This document shows positions 1 to 10,106 of a stretch of 26,747 bases of DNA, one piece after another (position 1 is the first letter of the stretch; each line of letters starts with the position of its first letter). A program made the position numbers and the translations under genes. The stretch lies in the IMG/VR virus record IMGVR_UViG_3300030376_004613, positions 1-26,747 of that record; one strand, 5' to 3'. The notes beneath the pieces were generated by a model. The model was not told the origin of the DNA. It saw nothing but the letters and a program-made list of their open reading frames with translations, and made no database searches. This DNA is from a virus (lineage: Duplodnaviria; Caudoviricetes).

Positions 1-129
1 CGTTATGCGTCTGATCCTAATAATCAACAACGAATAACTGAATACGCAAACTTGTTCTATAACAGTCCAATTAATTCGGACATTATTCCACCACCAGAGC
101 CAGCACCAGAGCAAGGAGGTTTAGCATGA
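1..129 (+). CDS. 3' end of a hypothetical phage protein (partial)
   Basis: Frame 1 is open from base 1 (RYASDPNNQQ...EQGGLA) to TGA 127-129, overlapping the next ATG as ATGA. Confidence 0.65.
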   Translation, partial: RYASDPNNQQRITEYANLFYNSPINSDIIPPPEPAPEQGGLA

Positions 130-656
130 GTAGCGCCGGAATAAGAATGGCTTTGCAGAAATTGCAGCCATTACTAACAAAGGGAGCAAAGTTTGCTTAC
201 CAAACAGTTAAGCCTCAGACATTAGGCGAAGGTTTAATGAGGTATGGACCAGACATCTTGCTTTGGCCTGCAATCTCAGCGGGGATGGCTCCAGAAGGAA
301 CAGATGCTATGGGGCGTAGTTTATTAGCAGCAGAAGATGCAGGGATTGGAGTTGGTGCTTCCTTGTTAGGTCAATTAGTTGGTGGTGGAGTAGGTAGGAA
401 TCTGATGAGAATGAATAGGTTTAAAGACAATAAAAATCTTCTTTCAACTGCTATTACGTTGGGTGACATGGCTGCGATGCCTTTGAATATCGTTTCACCT
501 AGGCCAGCGATGAATAAGATTTATGGTGACGCACAGTTAACAGCAGAAGAAGAATTAAGAGCAAAGATTGCTGTAGAAGAACGTGAGAAATACGAAGCTC
601 TCCTAGGAACATTGCTTACTGGTGGTGGTTTAGGTCTTAAAAATTTACAGAATTAA
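126..656 (+). CDS. Hypothetical Gly/Ala-rich protein, possible internal virion/ejection protein
   Basis: 176-aa ORF with GGAGG RBS just upstream and a glycine-zipper-like segment (AGIGVGASLLGQLVGGGVG). Confidence 0.6.
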   Translation: MSSAGIRMALQKLQPLLTKGAKFAYQTVKPQTLGEGLMRYGPDILLWPAISAGMAPEGTDAMGRSLLAAEDAGIGVGASLLGQLVGGGVGRNLMRMNRFKDNKNLLSTAITLGDMAAMPLNIVSPRPAMNKIYGDAQLTAEEELRAKIAVEEREKYEALLGTLLTGGGLGLKNLQN

Positions 657-658
657 TA

Positions 659-1993
659 ATGGCAGAACTTCCCCGCGACCTTAGTTTTGACGAACTAAAA
701 AATATTGTCAAAAAAGCTTTTCTTGCTGAACCGTTAGGAAAGTTAGGGGTGCAGGGTGAAGTAAGTCCTTATCAAGGAATGTTAGGTAGATCAAATATTG
801 TTGATTATGCAAGGCAGTCACTCCCAGCAAAGTTAGAAAATACAAATTGGTATTCCAAACTGCAAAGCAAATTACCTGATGCAGATTTAGGAACTGTTTC
901 TGGAGCAAGAAGACGACTAGCGAATCAAATAGGCCAGATACCTCTTGGTGGTTATGACCCTGAGACTCTTAAAAAATTACGAGATTTAAGATCAAGTGAT
1001 TTAGTCAATATTGAACAAACAGTTGACGCGAGAAAAGTACCTTTGCTTTCAGGCCAAGAAGCAGATATTGGAGATGGTTTCAGGGCTAGAGCTGCACAAA
1101 CTACAGGGGTTGTAGCATCTGATGTCGCTAGGGACGGTTTAAGAAATATATGGTGGTTTTTAAATGCACCACAGGCCGTAGCTCAGATTGCAAGTTTGCA
1201 GGCGATGCATAATACAAGTCTGCCTTACACCAAAGTATTAGGACAAAATAAAAACCTTATAGGAAGAGGTGCTTTGAGATACGCAGCAACTGCGCCTGCT
1301 GTTATCGCAATGTCTACAGGGATAGGAAATATTGGTAGACCTGCTGGATACAAAGCGATACTTCCTAGTGACGAAGATCCAAGAAAGACAGATAGTCCAG
1401 TTGGGGAATTATTGAGTCGTTACTTCTTAGGTCGCACAGGAAGGTTGCTTCCATACGACGAGTTTGCGAAAGAAAGACCAGATGTAGACAAAGGTGAGTA
1501 CCAAAGATATAAGGCGTATCAATTCAATAAACAGACCGATCTCAACCCGTTGGATGGTAATTTCAATGTCCTTGGCGCATTAAGAGGAACAACTGAAGGA
1601 ATTCATGGTCCTGAGATAAATTTCATGGGTAAAGCAATTCCATTGTTAACTGGAGTTCTTCCAACCGCTGCGGCTGTTGCTGGTATAAGGAGAGGAATAA
1701 CTAAAGCAGGTGACAGGTTAAGAGATAGGGGAGATATAGCTAAAGTTAAAAACTTACAAATAAAAGAAAAAGAAGCAAAAGCAAGAAGATATCCAATTCA
1801 AAGCGAGGCTGACGAAGAAAGAAAAGAGAAAGCTCTTCAGCAAATTAAATTGAAATTAGCTCAACAGGAAACTGATAATAGTATCGAAGCAGCTAAGCAG
1901 GCGTTGCTATATGGAAGTGGATACACAACTGCTGCTGCTCTAACTGGACAAGCTTTAGAATCAATAAGAAGAGATATGGGTCGGGAGGATTAA
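659..1993 (+). CDS. Hypothetical protein, possible internal virion protein
   Basis: 444-aa ORF, tightly coupled to the previous gene (TAATAATG), with hydrophobic Ala/Gly helices and a C-terminal charged coiled-coil-like stretch. Confidence 0.65.
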   Translation: MAELPRDLSFDELKNIVKKAFLAEPLGKLGVQGEVSPYQGMLGRSNIVDYARQSLPAKLENTNWYSKLQSKLPDADLGTVSGARRRLANQIGQIPLGGYDPETLKKLRDLRSSDLVNIEQTVDARKVPLLSGQEADIGDGFRARAAQTTGVVASDVARDGLRNIWWFLNAPQAVAQIASLQAMHNTSLPYTKVLGQNKNLIGRGALRYAATAPAVIAMSTGIGNIGRPAGYKAILPSDEDPRKTDSPVGELLSRYFLGRTGRLLPYDEFAKERPDVDKGEYQRYKAYQFNKQTDLNPLDGNFNVLGALRGTTEGIHGPEINFMGKAIPLLTGVLPTAAAVAGIRRGITKAGDRLRDRGDIAKVKNLQIKEKEAKARRYPIQSEADEERKEKALQQIKLKLAQQETDNSIEAAKQALLYGSGYTTAAALTGQALESIRRDMGRED

Positions 1994-2002
1994 AACAAAG
2001 TA

Positions 2003-2407
2003 ATGGCTTTTGACGGTTTAAATTTAAATCCTTATAGCAGCGTGAAATCAAGCGCAGGCACTAAAGGAATGTCTAATCTGCCAATGCTGGAGAACAAGGC
2101 AAAGGCAAGATTACTAGCTAATCAATATCAAAATGAACAAGCTATAGAAGCAGCAAAATTGGGATATCAAACTCAATTAGATGCATTCAAACCAAAAGAA
2201 ACAAGTTGGGGAGATATAGCTATGGGTGTTGCTGGGTCGGCAGCGAAAGCAGGTTTATTTGATGGCTTTGGAGGTGGTTTAAGCAATAGCAGCAGTATTT
2301 GGCAAGGTAAAGACTTAGATCCTGGTATGACTTATTGGGATACAGACATGCCTATTCCTTCCTCTGGTGGAAATGCATGGTACAACCCATTCGGGTGGGG
2401 TAGTTAA
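2003..2407 (+). CDS. Hypothetical Gly/Ser-rich protein
   Basis: 134-aa ORF in a contiguous operon, GGAGG upstream. Confidence 0.6.
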   Translation: MAFDGLNLNPYSSVKSSAGTKGMSNLPMLENKAKARLLANQYQNEQAIEAAKLGYQTQLDAFKPKETSWGDIAMGVAGSAAKAGLFDGFGGGLSNSSSIWQGKDLDPGMTYWDTDMPIPSSGGNAWYNPFGWGS

Positions 2408-2869
2408 ATGGCATACCAACTAGATCCAGTTAAGTGGTTAGCAGCAAAAAAACAACGCGATGCTTTTGACAGTGCTGGAACAATTTCTCCATTCACGAAA
2501 GGTGCATTCCCGACTGCGGTAATGAAGAATAGAGAAGATACTGGCAGCACAAAAGGTTTAGGCTCTTTTGGTGATATCAGCGGCACTGAAGGTAAGAAAA
2601 CATTGTACGGCGGTAAGTTTGATGAGATGGGAGATACGGTGAATATGTTTACTTCGATGGATGATGCGGATACCGTTTATGCAATGGCTGTAGAGAATAA
2701 AAAATATCAAGATGCATTAATGGCAAAACAGAGAGCTGCTTGCAAGAGTAACAAGAGGAAAGGATTATTTGGAAGTATTATTACTGGTGGTATTGGTATC
2801 GCAACTGGTAATCCTGCATTAATAGCAAGTGGAGCGACAGGTGCTCTTGGTTCGATGGGTGGTTGTTAG
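2408..2869 (+). CDS. Hypothetical protein with C-terminal glycine-rich hydrophobic helices
   Basis: 153 aa, abuts the previous stop; ends GLFGSIITGGIGIATGNPALIASGATGALG. Confidence 0.6.
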   Translation: MAYQLDPVKWLAAKKQRDAFDSAGTISPFTKGAFPTAVMKNREDTGSTKGLGSFGDISGTEGKKTLYGGKFDEMGDTVNMFTSMDDADTVYAMAVENKKYQDALMAKQRAACKSNKRKGLFGSIITGGIGIATGNPALIASGATGALGSMGGC

Positions 2870-2896
2870 TAGGTATTAGTATCGTGATACCTACTA
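2867..2896. other. Intergenic inverted repeat/hairpin
   Basis: TAGTAGGTAT (2867-2876) and ATACCTACTA (2887-2896) form a perfect 10-bp stem; no U-tract follows. Confidence 0.55.
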
Positions 2897-2931
2897 GAAT
2901 CAAATCATAGGTTTTTAGTGTCTGGAATTAG

Positions 2932-3570
2932 ATGAATTGGCTAGATAAATTATTACCTGGCTTAGCAGGTGCTACCGAGCCAGGTCAAATGTCACTGGAT
3001 TTAGGAAAATACGACGCAGGGAAGGGATTAATACCTCGGAATTATTTGACAACGTCTGGGAAAGTATTTAAACCACCTTCAACAGCAAATAGATTGCTAG
3101 GCAGAATGGCGATGGGAGATAAAGCAGTTGGTCTTCTGAAGAATTCAAGCAAGGTAGCAGGTAGAGCGGTACCACTATTTATTGCTCTGGACGCAGCAAC
3201 TGAACTTGCAGACGAGTCTGATCCATTCCAGAAGAATTTAGCAGAGGGTTTAGGAGAAGCTGGTGGTACTCTTGGCGGTTTCTATGGCGGGGCTGCATTA
3301 GGTACTCCACTTGGTCCGGTTGGGGCAGGGATTGGAGGAATACTAGGTGCAATATTAATGAGTGATATAGGTAAACAGCTCGCAGGAGGTGCTTATAAAG
3401 CAGTTAATCCTAGAGGTGAGCTTGAATATGCAAAGAAACAAATCCAAAAACAAGCAGAAATACAAAAAGAAATTGATTCCGTGAACAGGGAGCTTGCAAG
3501 GGATAGAGCAAGAGACCAACAAAGACTTGCTTTTGAAACTGCAATTCTTAACGCAGCTATGGGACGCTAA
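2932..3570 (+). CDS. Glycine-zipper protein, possible ejection/membrane-interacting virion protein
   Basis: 212 aa; GGTLGGFYGGAALGTPLGPVGAGIGGILGA followed by a coiled-coil-like tail. Confidence 0.65.
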   Translation: MNWLDKLLPGLAGATEPGQMSLDLGKYDAGKGLIPRNYLTTSGKVFKPPSTANRLLGRMAMGDKAVGLLKNSSKVAGRAVPLFIALDAATELADESDPFQKNLAEGLGEAGGTLGGFYGGAALGTPLGPVGAGIGGILGAILMSDIGKQLAGGAYKAVNPRGELEYAKKQIQKQAEIQKEIDSVNRELARDRARDQQRLAFETAILNAAMGR

Positions 3571-3572
3571 TT

Positions 3573-4079
3573 ATGTCAGTACCAAACGTAAGCGGATTAG
3601 CTAGGCAATATATCGCTGGATTCGAAGGCGATGATTTTGTACCAAAAACTCTTGAGCAGGCAGGCTTATTAAGTGATGCAGGGAAGACTTTAATGGCTTC
3701 TATCCCCGCTACTAATTTGGCTGCTGAAGTTGCAGCGATGAAAGGTGGTATGACTTTGGAACAGCAAAAAGGTATCAACGAAACTGCAATCGCTATACAA
3801 GAAATGAAAGATGAACAGACAAGAAAAAGAATGATCCTTGATCAGTTAGGTGGAACGAATATGGCTGGCACGGCATTATCAGCGTTCCTAGGAGGTGGCG
3901 GAGGTGGCTTCGATCTAGGTTCTATGTTGGGTAATATTGGAGATACGTCTAGCCCATCACAGACCAGTGCTATATCTTCAGACGTAGATTCAGTGCTTGC
4001 ACAGGTTGATGAATTACCGGTTGAAGGAAAGGCTAAACTATTAAAGAGATATAACGAGCTGTTGCAAAAGAACAAATGA
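3573..4079 (+). CDS. Hypothetical protein
   Basis: 168-aa ORF with a poly-Gly stretch, in the same operon. Confidence 0.6.
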   Translation: MSVPNVSGLARQYIAGFEGDDFVPKTLEQAGLLSDAGKTLMASIPATNLAAEVAAMKGGMTLEQQKGINETAIAIQEMKDEQTRKRMILDQLGGTNMAGTALSAFLGGGGGGFDLGSMLGNIGDTSSPSQTSAISSDVDSVLAQVDELPVEGKAKLLKRYNELLQKNK

Positions 4080-4456
4080 ATGATTTAGGTGTTGATGAAG
4101 CGATTAATTTAAAGATTGAATCTATCATTAAACAGATAGAAGGATTGGACGATGACAATCGTTTAAAAGTTATAGACAAGTTTGGTTCTACCACCTCTGA
4201 CGCTAATAAAAAAAGTGGATCTCTACAATTTTTTACGCAAGAAGATGTAGACCTTGCTAAACAAATAGGTGAATACGAGCAAGCTCAAAAAACAAAAGGT
4301 TATTTAAATAAATTAGAAGGATACGACCCAAATAAGCTTGGGGTAGCAGGATTTCAAAAGAGAGAACTTTCAGCTCGAGATAAAGATCGCTGGCTTACAG
4401 GTGGAATGGCAGTAGCAGATATGTTGCAAAGAATGGCGTTAATCAACAAGCTTTGA
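4076..4456 (+). CDS. Hypothetical protein
   Basis: 126-aa ORF with ATGA overlap on the previous stop. Confidence 0.6.
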   Translation: MNDLGVDEAINLKIESIIKQIEGLDDDNRLKVIDKFGSTTSDANKKSGSLQFFTQEDVDLAKQIGEYEQAQKTKGYLNKLEGYDPNKLGVAGFQKRELSARDKDRWLTGGMAVADMLQRMALINKL

Positions 4457-4467
4457 GGTAATACAAA

Positions 4468-5310
4468 ATGACAGCTAACAAAAACGATTTAGTTAACAAC
4501 TCTCTTAGTAAGATCAAGACCTCACCTGGCTTTGGTGGTCGTATAGGTGCAGGAATAGGTTACATAGGGACTATGGATTACATCGATACAGATAAAGATG
4601 GGGTAGACGATCGAAATCAAAGAGGTCCAGGTCAGCCATACATTACGTTCGAGAAAGCGACCCAAGAAGAAAAAAATAAATTTAAACAACCCAGAGGCAA
4701 AGGTGTAGATCAAGGAGGCAGCCAACCAAGAGCTAATTATGCAAAAAACTATATGGACACGTTTGCGAGATCGGCGCAAGGCCAGAAAACGCAAGCTTCA
4801 AAAGATTTTGGCGACTATACTCCCTCGTCGTTTGGCGGTAGTATGTACAACCAAGGCTGGGGCAACATGGTCGATTGGGGCAATAAATTCCAAGATAATG
4901 AGGCGATTCAAGGTTTCATCTCGGGCTCGAGGTTGGATGCGAACCAAACGATGATGAATATGGGAATGGACCTGCTTTATCAAAAAGGTCAACTTTCCCA
5001 AATGGCTGATTATCAGGGAGGTATGGAGAAATTAAAGACAGGTAATACTTTAAAATTATTAGCTGCTGAAGGTGGAATAACTAGAGATTTAATGTGGGAT
5101 CAAGGTGATATCAAGAGTCGTCAAATTGGAGAACAAGGTACAGAAGATCGTGCTCAGATTAGAACGCTTGGAACTGAGAATCGTCTAACGAAAATGACAG
5201 AAGGAGATCAAGATAGGAAAACTCAACGAGATAAGTACAGAGAAGAAAGAAAGATGAGAGCAGATGCAAGGGGTGCAATTACAAGAACAGGCTCCAAATT
5301 TTTCGGTTAA
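4468..5310 (+). CDS. Hypothetical protein, possible internal virion protein
   Basis: 280 aa with GAGG RBS, a DxDxDG-like motif (DTDKDGVDD) and a C-terminal ~11-aa periodic G-x-[ED]-x-R repeat. Confidence 0.6.
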   Translation: MTANKNDLVNNSLSKIKTSPGFGGRIGAGIGYIGTMDYIDTDKDGVDDRNQRGPGQPYITFEKATQEEKNKFKQPRGKGVDQGGSQPRANYAKNYMDTFARSAQGQKTQASKDFGDYTPSSFGGSMYNQGWGNMVDWGNKFQDNEAIQGFISGSRLDANQTMMNMGMDLLYQKGQLSQMADYQGGMEKLKTGNTLKLLAAEGGITRDLMWDQGDIKSRQIGEQGTEDRAQIRTLGTENRLTKMTEGDQDRKTQRDKYREERKMRADARGAITRTGSKFFG

Positions 5311-5361
5311 TTAAAATCGTTGGCAACGTAGGGGGAATTTCTCGAATAGAATTACCAGAAA

Positions 5362-5871
5362 ATGGTTAAAGATATTCCACCCGAGATTCAGTCGTTCTTA
5401 ACAGCGCTGGATCACGGGTCAAGAGAAGCTTTTATCGCATATGTCGAAAATACGTATTCGATTTATGAAATATATTTATACGCTGGCATTCTTGGTTATG
5501 ACGGTGGATTCACTGCTTTAGAAAAGTGGGTTCGCAAACATTACCCAAAATTGAATCGCAAGGAGTTAATGCTTGCAGAGATTGTCAAATTAGAAGCAGA
5601 TATCGATTTCCTAAGACAGCAAGTCCAGGCAGATATTGTCAAACCAGATTCGGCAGCTACTAGGATTGCTCATCTCTCCAAGGAACTACGAGGTCACGTT
5701 GTTGAGGTTGAGCGGATGACCAAAGGAGCAGATAGAAGGGGATTGGTTATGTCAGGAGCCGACAAAGTGATGCGAGAATTGAAATCTATTTTCAAAGGGA
5801 ATGACGACGTTATTAAAGCTTTGGATTTAGCATATGAATCAGTATGGCAATTACTTGTCGATGAACGCTAA
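5362..5871 (+). CDS. Putative terminase small subunit
   Basis: 169-aa helical/coiled-coil-like protein shortly upstream of TerL; the assignment rests on position and size only. Confidence 0.4.
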   Translation: MVKDIPPEIQSFLTALDHGSREAFIAYVENTYSIYEIYLYAGILGYDGGFTALEKWVRKHYPKLNRKELMLAEIVKLEADIDFLRQQVQADIVKPDSAATRIAHLSKELRGHVVEVERMTKGADRRGLVMSGADKVMRELKSIFKGNDDVIKALDLAYESVWQLLVDER

Positions 5872-6043
5872 TCCATTAAATCTAAAACTTGCAACTAAGG
5901 CAGAAGTAAAAGAGATGATTGATGCTGCTATAGATCAACACAATAAGAATGCAACATTAATCTCCATGGCTATTGGTTTCAGCCTTTTAGGCTTCTATGC
6001 GGACGGGTTACTAAGGGTTGTCGAGAAAGTTACGACGAGTTAG
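5861..6043 (+). CDS. Small single-pass membrane protein
   Basis: The ORF track starts at 5834; ATG 5861 is more likely. One hydrophobic helix (ATLISMAIGFSLLGFYA). Confidence 0.55.
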   Translation: MNANPLNLKLATKAEVKEMIDAAIDQHNKNATLISMAIGFSLLGFYADGLLRVVEKVTTS

Positions 6044-6107
6044 TAGAAATAGTCTCCAAAAATAGGGAAAACATTTAAACTCTAGGTAAGCCAATAAAAG
6101 AGGTTAA

Positions 6108-6341
6108 ATGAATAAAGAAGAACAGAACAAAGTAAAAGATATACCCATGTATGACTTGCTTGATGCTTGTTGCGCCCTGCAAGGTGGAATGGAGTTAGAA
6201 AAATTTGAAGATAAGAATTACGCATTAAAACATGCATTAAATCGGATCTTTGGTTATCTAACTCCAGAAGCAAAAGCGGAATTCAATCATTGGGTGGATA
6301 TCAAAGGATGGCAGAAAAAAGAATCAATCATTTTGTTATAG
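6108..6341 (+). CDS. Hypothetical protein
   Basis: 77-aa ORF, GAGG RBS, immediately before terL. Confidence 0.6.
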   Translation: MNKEEQNKVKDIPMYDLLDACCALQGGMELEKFEDKNYALKHALNRIFGYLTPEAKAEFNHWVDIKGWQKKESIILL

Positions 6342-6344
6342 CTG

Positions 6345-7877
6345 ATGCCTAATTCCTCTATTGCTTTAGCAAGACGAAGAAGTGCTCAGTTAGCAGCTAA
6401 AAGTATTACGACTGAACCAGAGGTTGTAGTCACCCCGCCTCATGTCATCAAAGCAAGAGCAAACTTCGGTTACTTCTGTGAACTGATGGGGAAGCCTGCT
6501 GCAAAGCATATGAAGGAATGGCACAAAGCTTTCCTGACGAATAAAAGCAATGAACACTTATTAGATATAGCTGGACCAAATACCTGCTTATTAAGCCCAC
6601 GAGGAAGCGCTAAATCCACTGTGATTGGCTTGCTTGTGGCGTGGCTCATTGGCAGGCATGCAACGGCTAAGAAGCTACTAAGAACTCTTTACGTTTCGTA
6701 CAACGTGGACGTGTCGAGGAACAAGAGTGCTGCGATAAAAAACCTGATAATGAACAAGGAATATCAGGAAATTTTTCCGACAGTTCGTTTATCGAAAACC
6801 CGCACGAGCGATGAACTATGGTCGATCGATTTTGACTTCGCTGAAATTGATATCAGAGGAGAAGATGCCTTTACCGTTGCTTGCGCTGGATTAAAAGGAA
6901 CAATCACATCAAAGCGTAGTTCGTTAATCATTGTTGATGACGCAATCAAAAGTGCAGCAGCGATTGCTAACCCAGATATCAGGCGAGAGATGGAAGCAAA
7001 CTGGAATAACGTCATTGTTCCAACCATGTTCCAAGGGGCTCGTGCAATTGCACTAGGTACCCGATTCCATTTCGATGATTTATTTACAACTACATATTGT
7101 GAGAAACGTGGATGGAAAGTAATAACACAAGGAGCATTGCATTACACAGATGAAGGCACTCCTAAGTCTTACTGGCCTTCTATGTGGTCAGCAAAGTATC
7201 TACTGAAGTTGCAATCAGAAGATCGAATTGCTTTCTCTTATCAGTATTTAAACCAACCAGTTAAGACTACAGAATTAGGATTATCTCCAGAACTGTTTGT
7301 TCGAGGGGAAGTTCCTGATGATTATGACGTAGTTGGAGTGGGTATTGATTTATCTGCTGGCATGAGTGAACGGAATGACTGGACTGTATTCACTCTTGCT
7401 GGTCGTGTGGATGACAAGGTTTACATCATTGATTACCGAAGAATGAGATCAATGGGAAATATTGAAAAGATAGAAGCATTATGTGAGTTGTTGATGGAGT
7501 GGAATCTATTAAGTCAGAACGATGAGGGTCAATATTTTCAAACCGATTCGCCAGTAGTCGTATGGCCTGAAGTTGTTGCTTATCAGAAGAGTTTTGAGGG
7601 TGATCTAAAACGAATACTTTTTAATGAGTGGCAGCTCTATAATTTAAGTGTCAGTCCTGTAAAAGGTTTCAGGGGAGATAAGCTCGCTCGCCTTAGAGGG
7701 ATTATTGGTCTTTTTCAGGGCAAGAAGATTATTTTCAATAAATATCGAGATTTCAGTTACATGATCGACGAAGTCATCAACTTCGGCCACGCTCCACATG
7801 ATGACTGTGCAGATTCACTTAACATAGTGGTACAGGGTCTAATGAAACGAGGGGGAGCACAAATCGAATGGAGATAA
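6345..7877 (+). CDS. terL: Terminase large subunit
   Basis: Walker A-like SPRGSAKST, Walker B LIIVDD, GTRFHFDD motif, RNase H-like nuclease motifs GIDLS and HDDCADS. Confidence 0.93.
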   Translation: MPNSSIALARRRSAQLAAKSITTEPEVVVTPPHVIKARANFGYFCELMGKPAAKHMKEWHKAFLTNKSNEHLLDIAGPNTCLLSPRGSAKSTVIGLLVAWLIGRHATAKKLLRTLYVSYNVDVSRNKSAAIKNLIMNKEYQEIFPTVRLSKTRTSDELWSIDFDFAEIDIRGEDAFTVACAGLKGTITSKRSSLIIVDDAIKSAAAIANPDIRREMEANWNNVIVPTMFQGARAIALGTRFHFDDLFTTTYCEKRGWKVITQGALHYTDEGTPKSYWPSMWSAKYLLKLQSEDRIAFSYQYLNQPVKTTELGLSPELFVRGEVPDDYDVVGVGIDLSAGMSERNDWTVFTLAGRVDDKVYIIDYRRMRSMGNIEKIEALCELLMEWNLLSQNDEGQYFQTDSPVVVWPEVVAYQKSFEGDLKRILFNEWQLYNLSVSPVKGFRGDKLARLRGIIGLFQGKKIIFNKYRDFSYMIDEVINFGHAPHDDCADSLNIVVQGLMKRGGAQIEWR

Positions 7878-7886
7878 CTTAAATAA

Positions 7887-10106
7887 ATGAGCGCACAATC
7901 CAACCAAAAATTTCGCCAGATTTTAGAAGCTGCTCGTAAGCGAGACGGCATGAGTGGCACTGACACGATGATTGTCAATAGCCACTTAGCTCAGATGAAG
8001 TTATTCATGCTTCGTCAGGGGCTTGAATTTTTTCCTTCGCAAGACACTTTCGGTTTCCGCAAGATGTTCCTTGCTCAGTTAGTCGAAGAGAATGAAATTG
8101 ACACACGCCTAGAAGGAATCGTTGATGATTTCTTATTAGATGGAAAAGGATTATTTTATTTCAGACCTGTAGACGATTCATACAGGATCATGTGGTTCAG
8201 CAAGGATAATTACCGTGCTTACTATGATTCCTCTTCTCAACTAGAAGAGATCGAACTAATTTATAGCTTTTCCGTTAGGTCAGGGCTTGGAGCACTAGCA
8301 ACACCTAATTCGGAGAACGGTAGTGAACGATGGGTCAAGCTTCAAATTAGGCGAGATGAGATCAAAGAATCAATTACCACTGAGAGACCATCTTTTGAGC
8401 ATGGAGTAGGGAATAACTTCTCTTGGAATCCAAACGCAACAAGAACACTTACAAACAGCCTTGGCTTTATTCCAGCAGTTGAATCGTTTAATACGATGCG
8501 TTCAACTGGAATGGATTCAACGGGTGATTTTGATTGGTTGGCAGAACAGATTGTTCTCCATGATGATTTAGTCAAAAACATACGTACAAATATTCACTTC
8601 TTTGGTAATCCAACTCTTGTTTCCAGTAGACCAAAGCATGATCTAGTGGAGTCAGGTAGTGAAGATCAGTTAAGACCAACAATTAGTTCACAAGCAGGTT
8701 TCTACGCATCGAATAGACCTTCAACCCGTTTAAGCGAACCAACAGGAATGGGTACTTCAGGAATGAAGGTTCCAAGAGTAATTGCGAATGTTGAGCCAAC
8801 TGACCGTGCTGTTTACTTAACGCCAGATGCTGTCTCAGGTGACCAGAACTTATATGCAAGGCAATACCGCGAGGAATTAAGAACTGCTCTAGGTGGAGTG
8901 GATGAATTAGGAATTAGTTCAGGTGCTACTGCTTATGAAATTAAATCTCTTTATGGTCGTGCTGCTACTACTGCAACACGTAGATGTAAGGGCTTGTTGA
9001 CTTACGGTTTATGTAAGTTATTTGGGCTGATTATTTATCACGAAGAAAAGATCTTCCGTGATTCATTTGCAGAAGCAATAGGCTTGCCTAGACCTATACC
9101 TCCTATCAGAGAGGAGATACAGGATGATGCTGCATTTAATCAGTTGATGGCTGAGTATGATGGAGCTAATAGAGAGTTTGAGCAGACTCTTGAAAATACT
9201 ATTCGAGAAGCTGTTCAAAACACTCAACTACCTCCCGGTGTCGTTGGTTTAATACCTGATGGCAACAGAAAAGTAGAATGGAGGTGGAAAGGTCCAGTCT
9301 TCGAAGATGGGACTGAAGATATACTGAATTCAAGTATTGTTGTTCGCAACTTACAAGAACTCGGTGTAAATAGCATTGAGGCGCTGAGATATCTCTTCCC
9401 TGATAAGACAGACGAAGAGAGGAGCGCAATGTTGAGTGGCTATCCATTCAGGATGGCTCAGGCAACACAACAAAGTATTGGTCAATTCATGTCGTTAATA
9501 AATGACATGCGACAAACACCACATCCGCAAGCTCCTGATTTACCACTGCTTGCTGATCCGAAGCTCGACTTGACACCTTACGTATATCGAGCACTTGATT
9601 TCCTTAAGCGAGAATTAACTTATGCAGGCGCATACAACGACGACACAGGATCAGGCGATCCAACAACCCTCGATTCCATCGAGCGCACCCGTGCCGAGCG
9701 CGGCTACCCAGCAAGCTCCGGTCCAGAACGCCCAACCTTCGTACCAGATACCTTCGGCTCCACAGGTGGAGACACAGCCACAGGTAGCGGCACCGCAGGT
9801 AGCGGACCAGAATCCATGGCAGGAGGCGTACAACAGGCTAACCGACAGTCTGAGCGCGACGCAGAACTCCCAACCGCAGGCAGCTTACTCAACTCCGACC
9901 CCACAGGCAGCGGAGCCAACCAGCTATCCCTCTCAGGCACCGACTTACCAAGCAGCACCGTCCGCTTCGGGGATGCAGACTTATCTGCCCCAAGCAACGC
10001 AGGCGTACTCCCAGACACCACAGGTACAGGAGCAGACCTTACAGCAGCAGCAGAGCGTACAAAGTCAAGACGGGTATCTAGGAGCAGTAAGCGACGAAAG
10101 TCTTGA
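7887..10106 (+). CDS. Portal protein with a long low-complexity C-terminal extension
   Basis: 739 aa directly after terL; ~580-aa ordered region, with the last ~160 aa encoded in an alternative frame of the next gene. Confidence 0.75.
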   Translation: MSAQSNQKFRQILEAARKRDGMSGTDTMIVNSHLAQMKLFMLRQGLEFFPSQDTFGFRKMFLAQLVEENEIDTRLEGIVDDFLLDGKGLFYFRPVDDSYRIMWFSKDNYRAYYDSSSQLEEIELIYSFSVRSGLGALATPNSENGSERWVKLQIRRDEIKESITTERPSFEHGVGNNFSWNPNATRTLTNSLGFIPAVESFNTMRSTGMDSTGDFDWLAEQIVLHDDLVKNIRTNIHFFGNPTLVSSRPKHDLVESGSEDQLRPTISSQAGFYASNRPSTRLSEPTGMGTSGMKVPRVIANVEPTDRAVYLTPDAVSGDQNLYARQYREELRTALGGVDELGISSGATAYEIKSLYGRAATTATRRCKGLLTYGLCKLFGLIIYHEEKIFRDSFAEAIGLPRPIPPIREEIQDDAAFNQLMAEYDGANREFEQTLENTIREAVQNTQLPPGVVGLIPDGNRKVEWRWKGPVFEDGTEDILNSSIVVRNLQELGVNSIEALRYLFPDKTDEERSAMLSGYPFRMAQATQQSIGQFMSLINDMRQTPHPQAPDLPLLADPKLDLTPYVYRALDFLKRELTYAGAYNDDTGSGDPTTLDSIERTRAERGYPASSGPERPTFVPDTFGSTGGDTATGSGTAGSGPESMAGGVQQANRQSERDAELPTAGSLLNSDPTGSGANQLSLSGTDLPSSTVRFGDADLSAPSNAGVLPDTTGTGADLTAAAERTKSRRVSRSSKRRKS

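Noticed and set aside
6345-7877. Intein or intron in terL
   Set aside because: Normal length, all motifs collinear, no splice-junction motifs seen.
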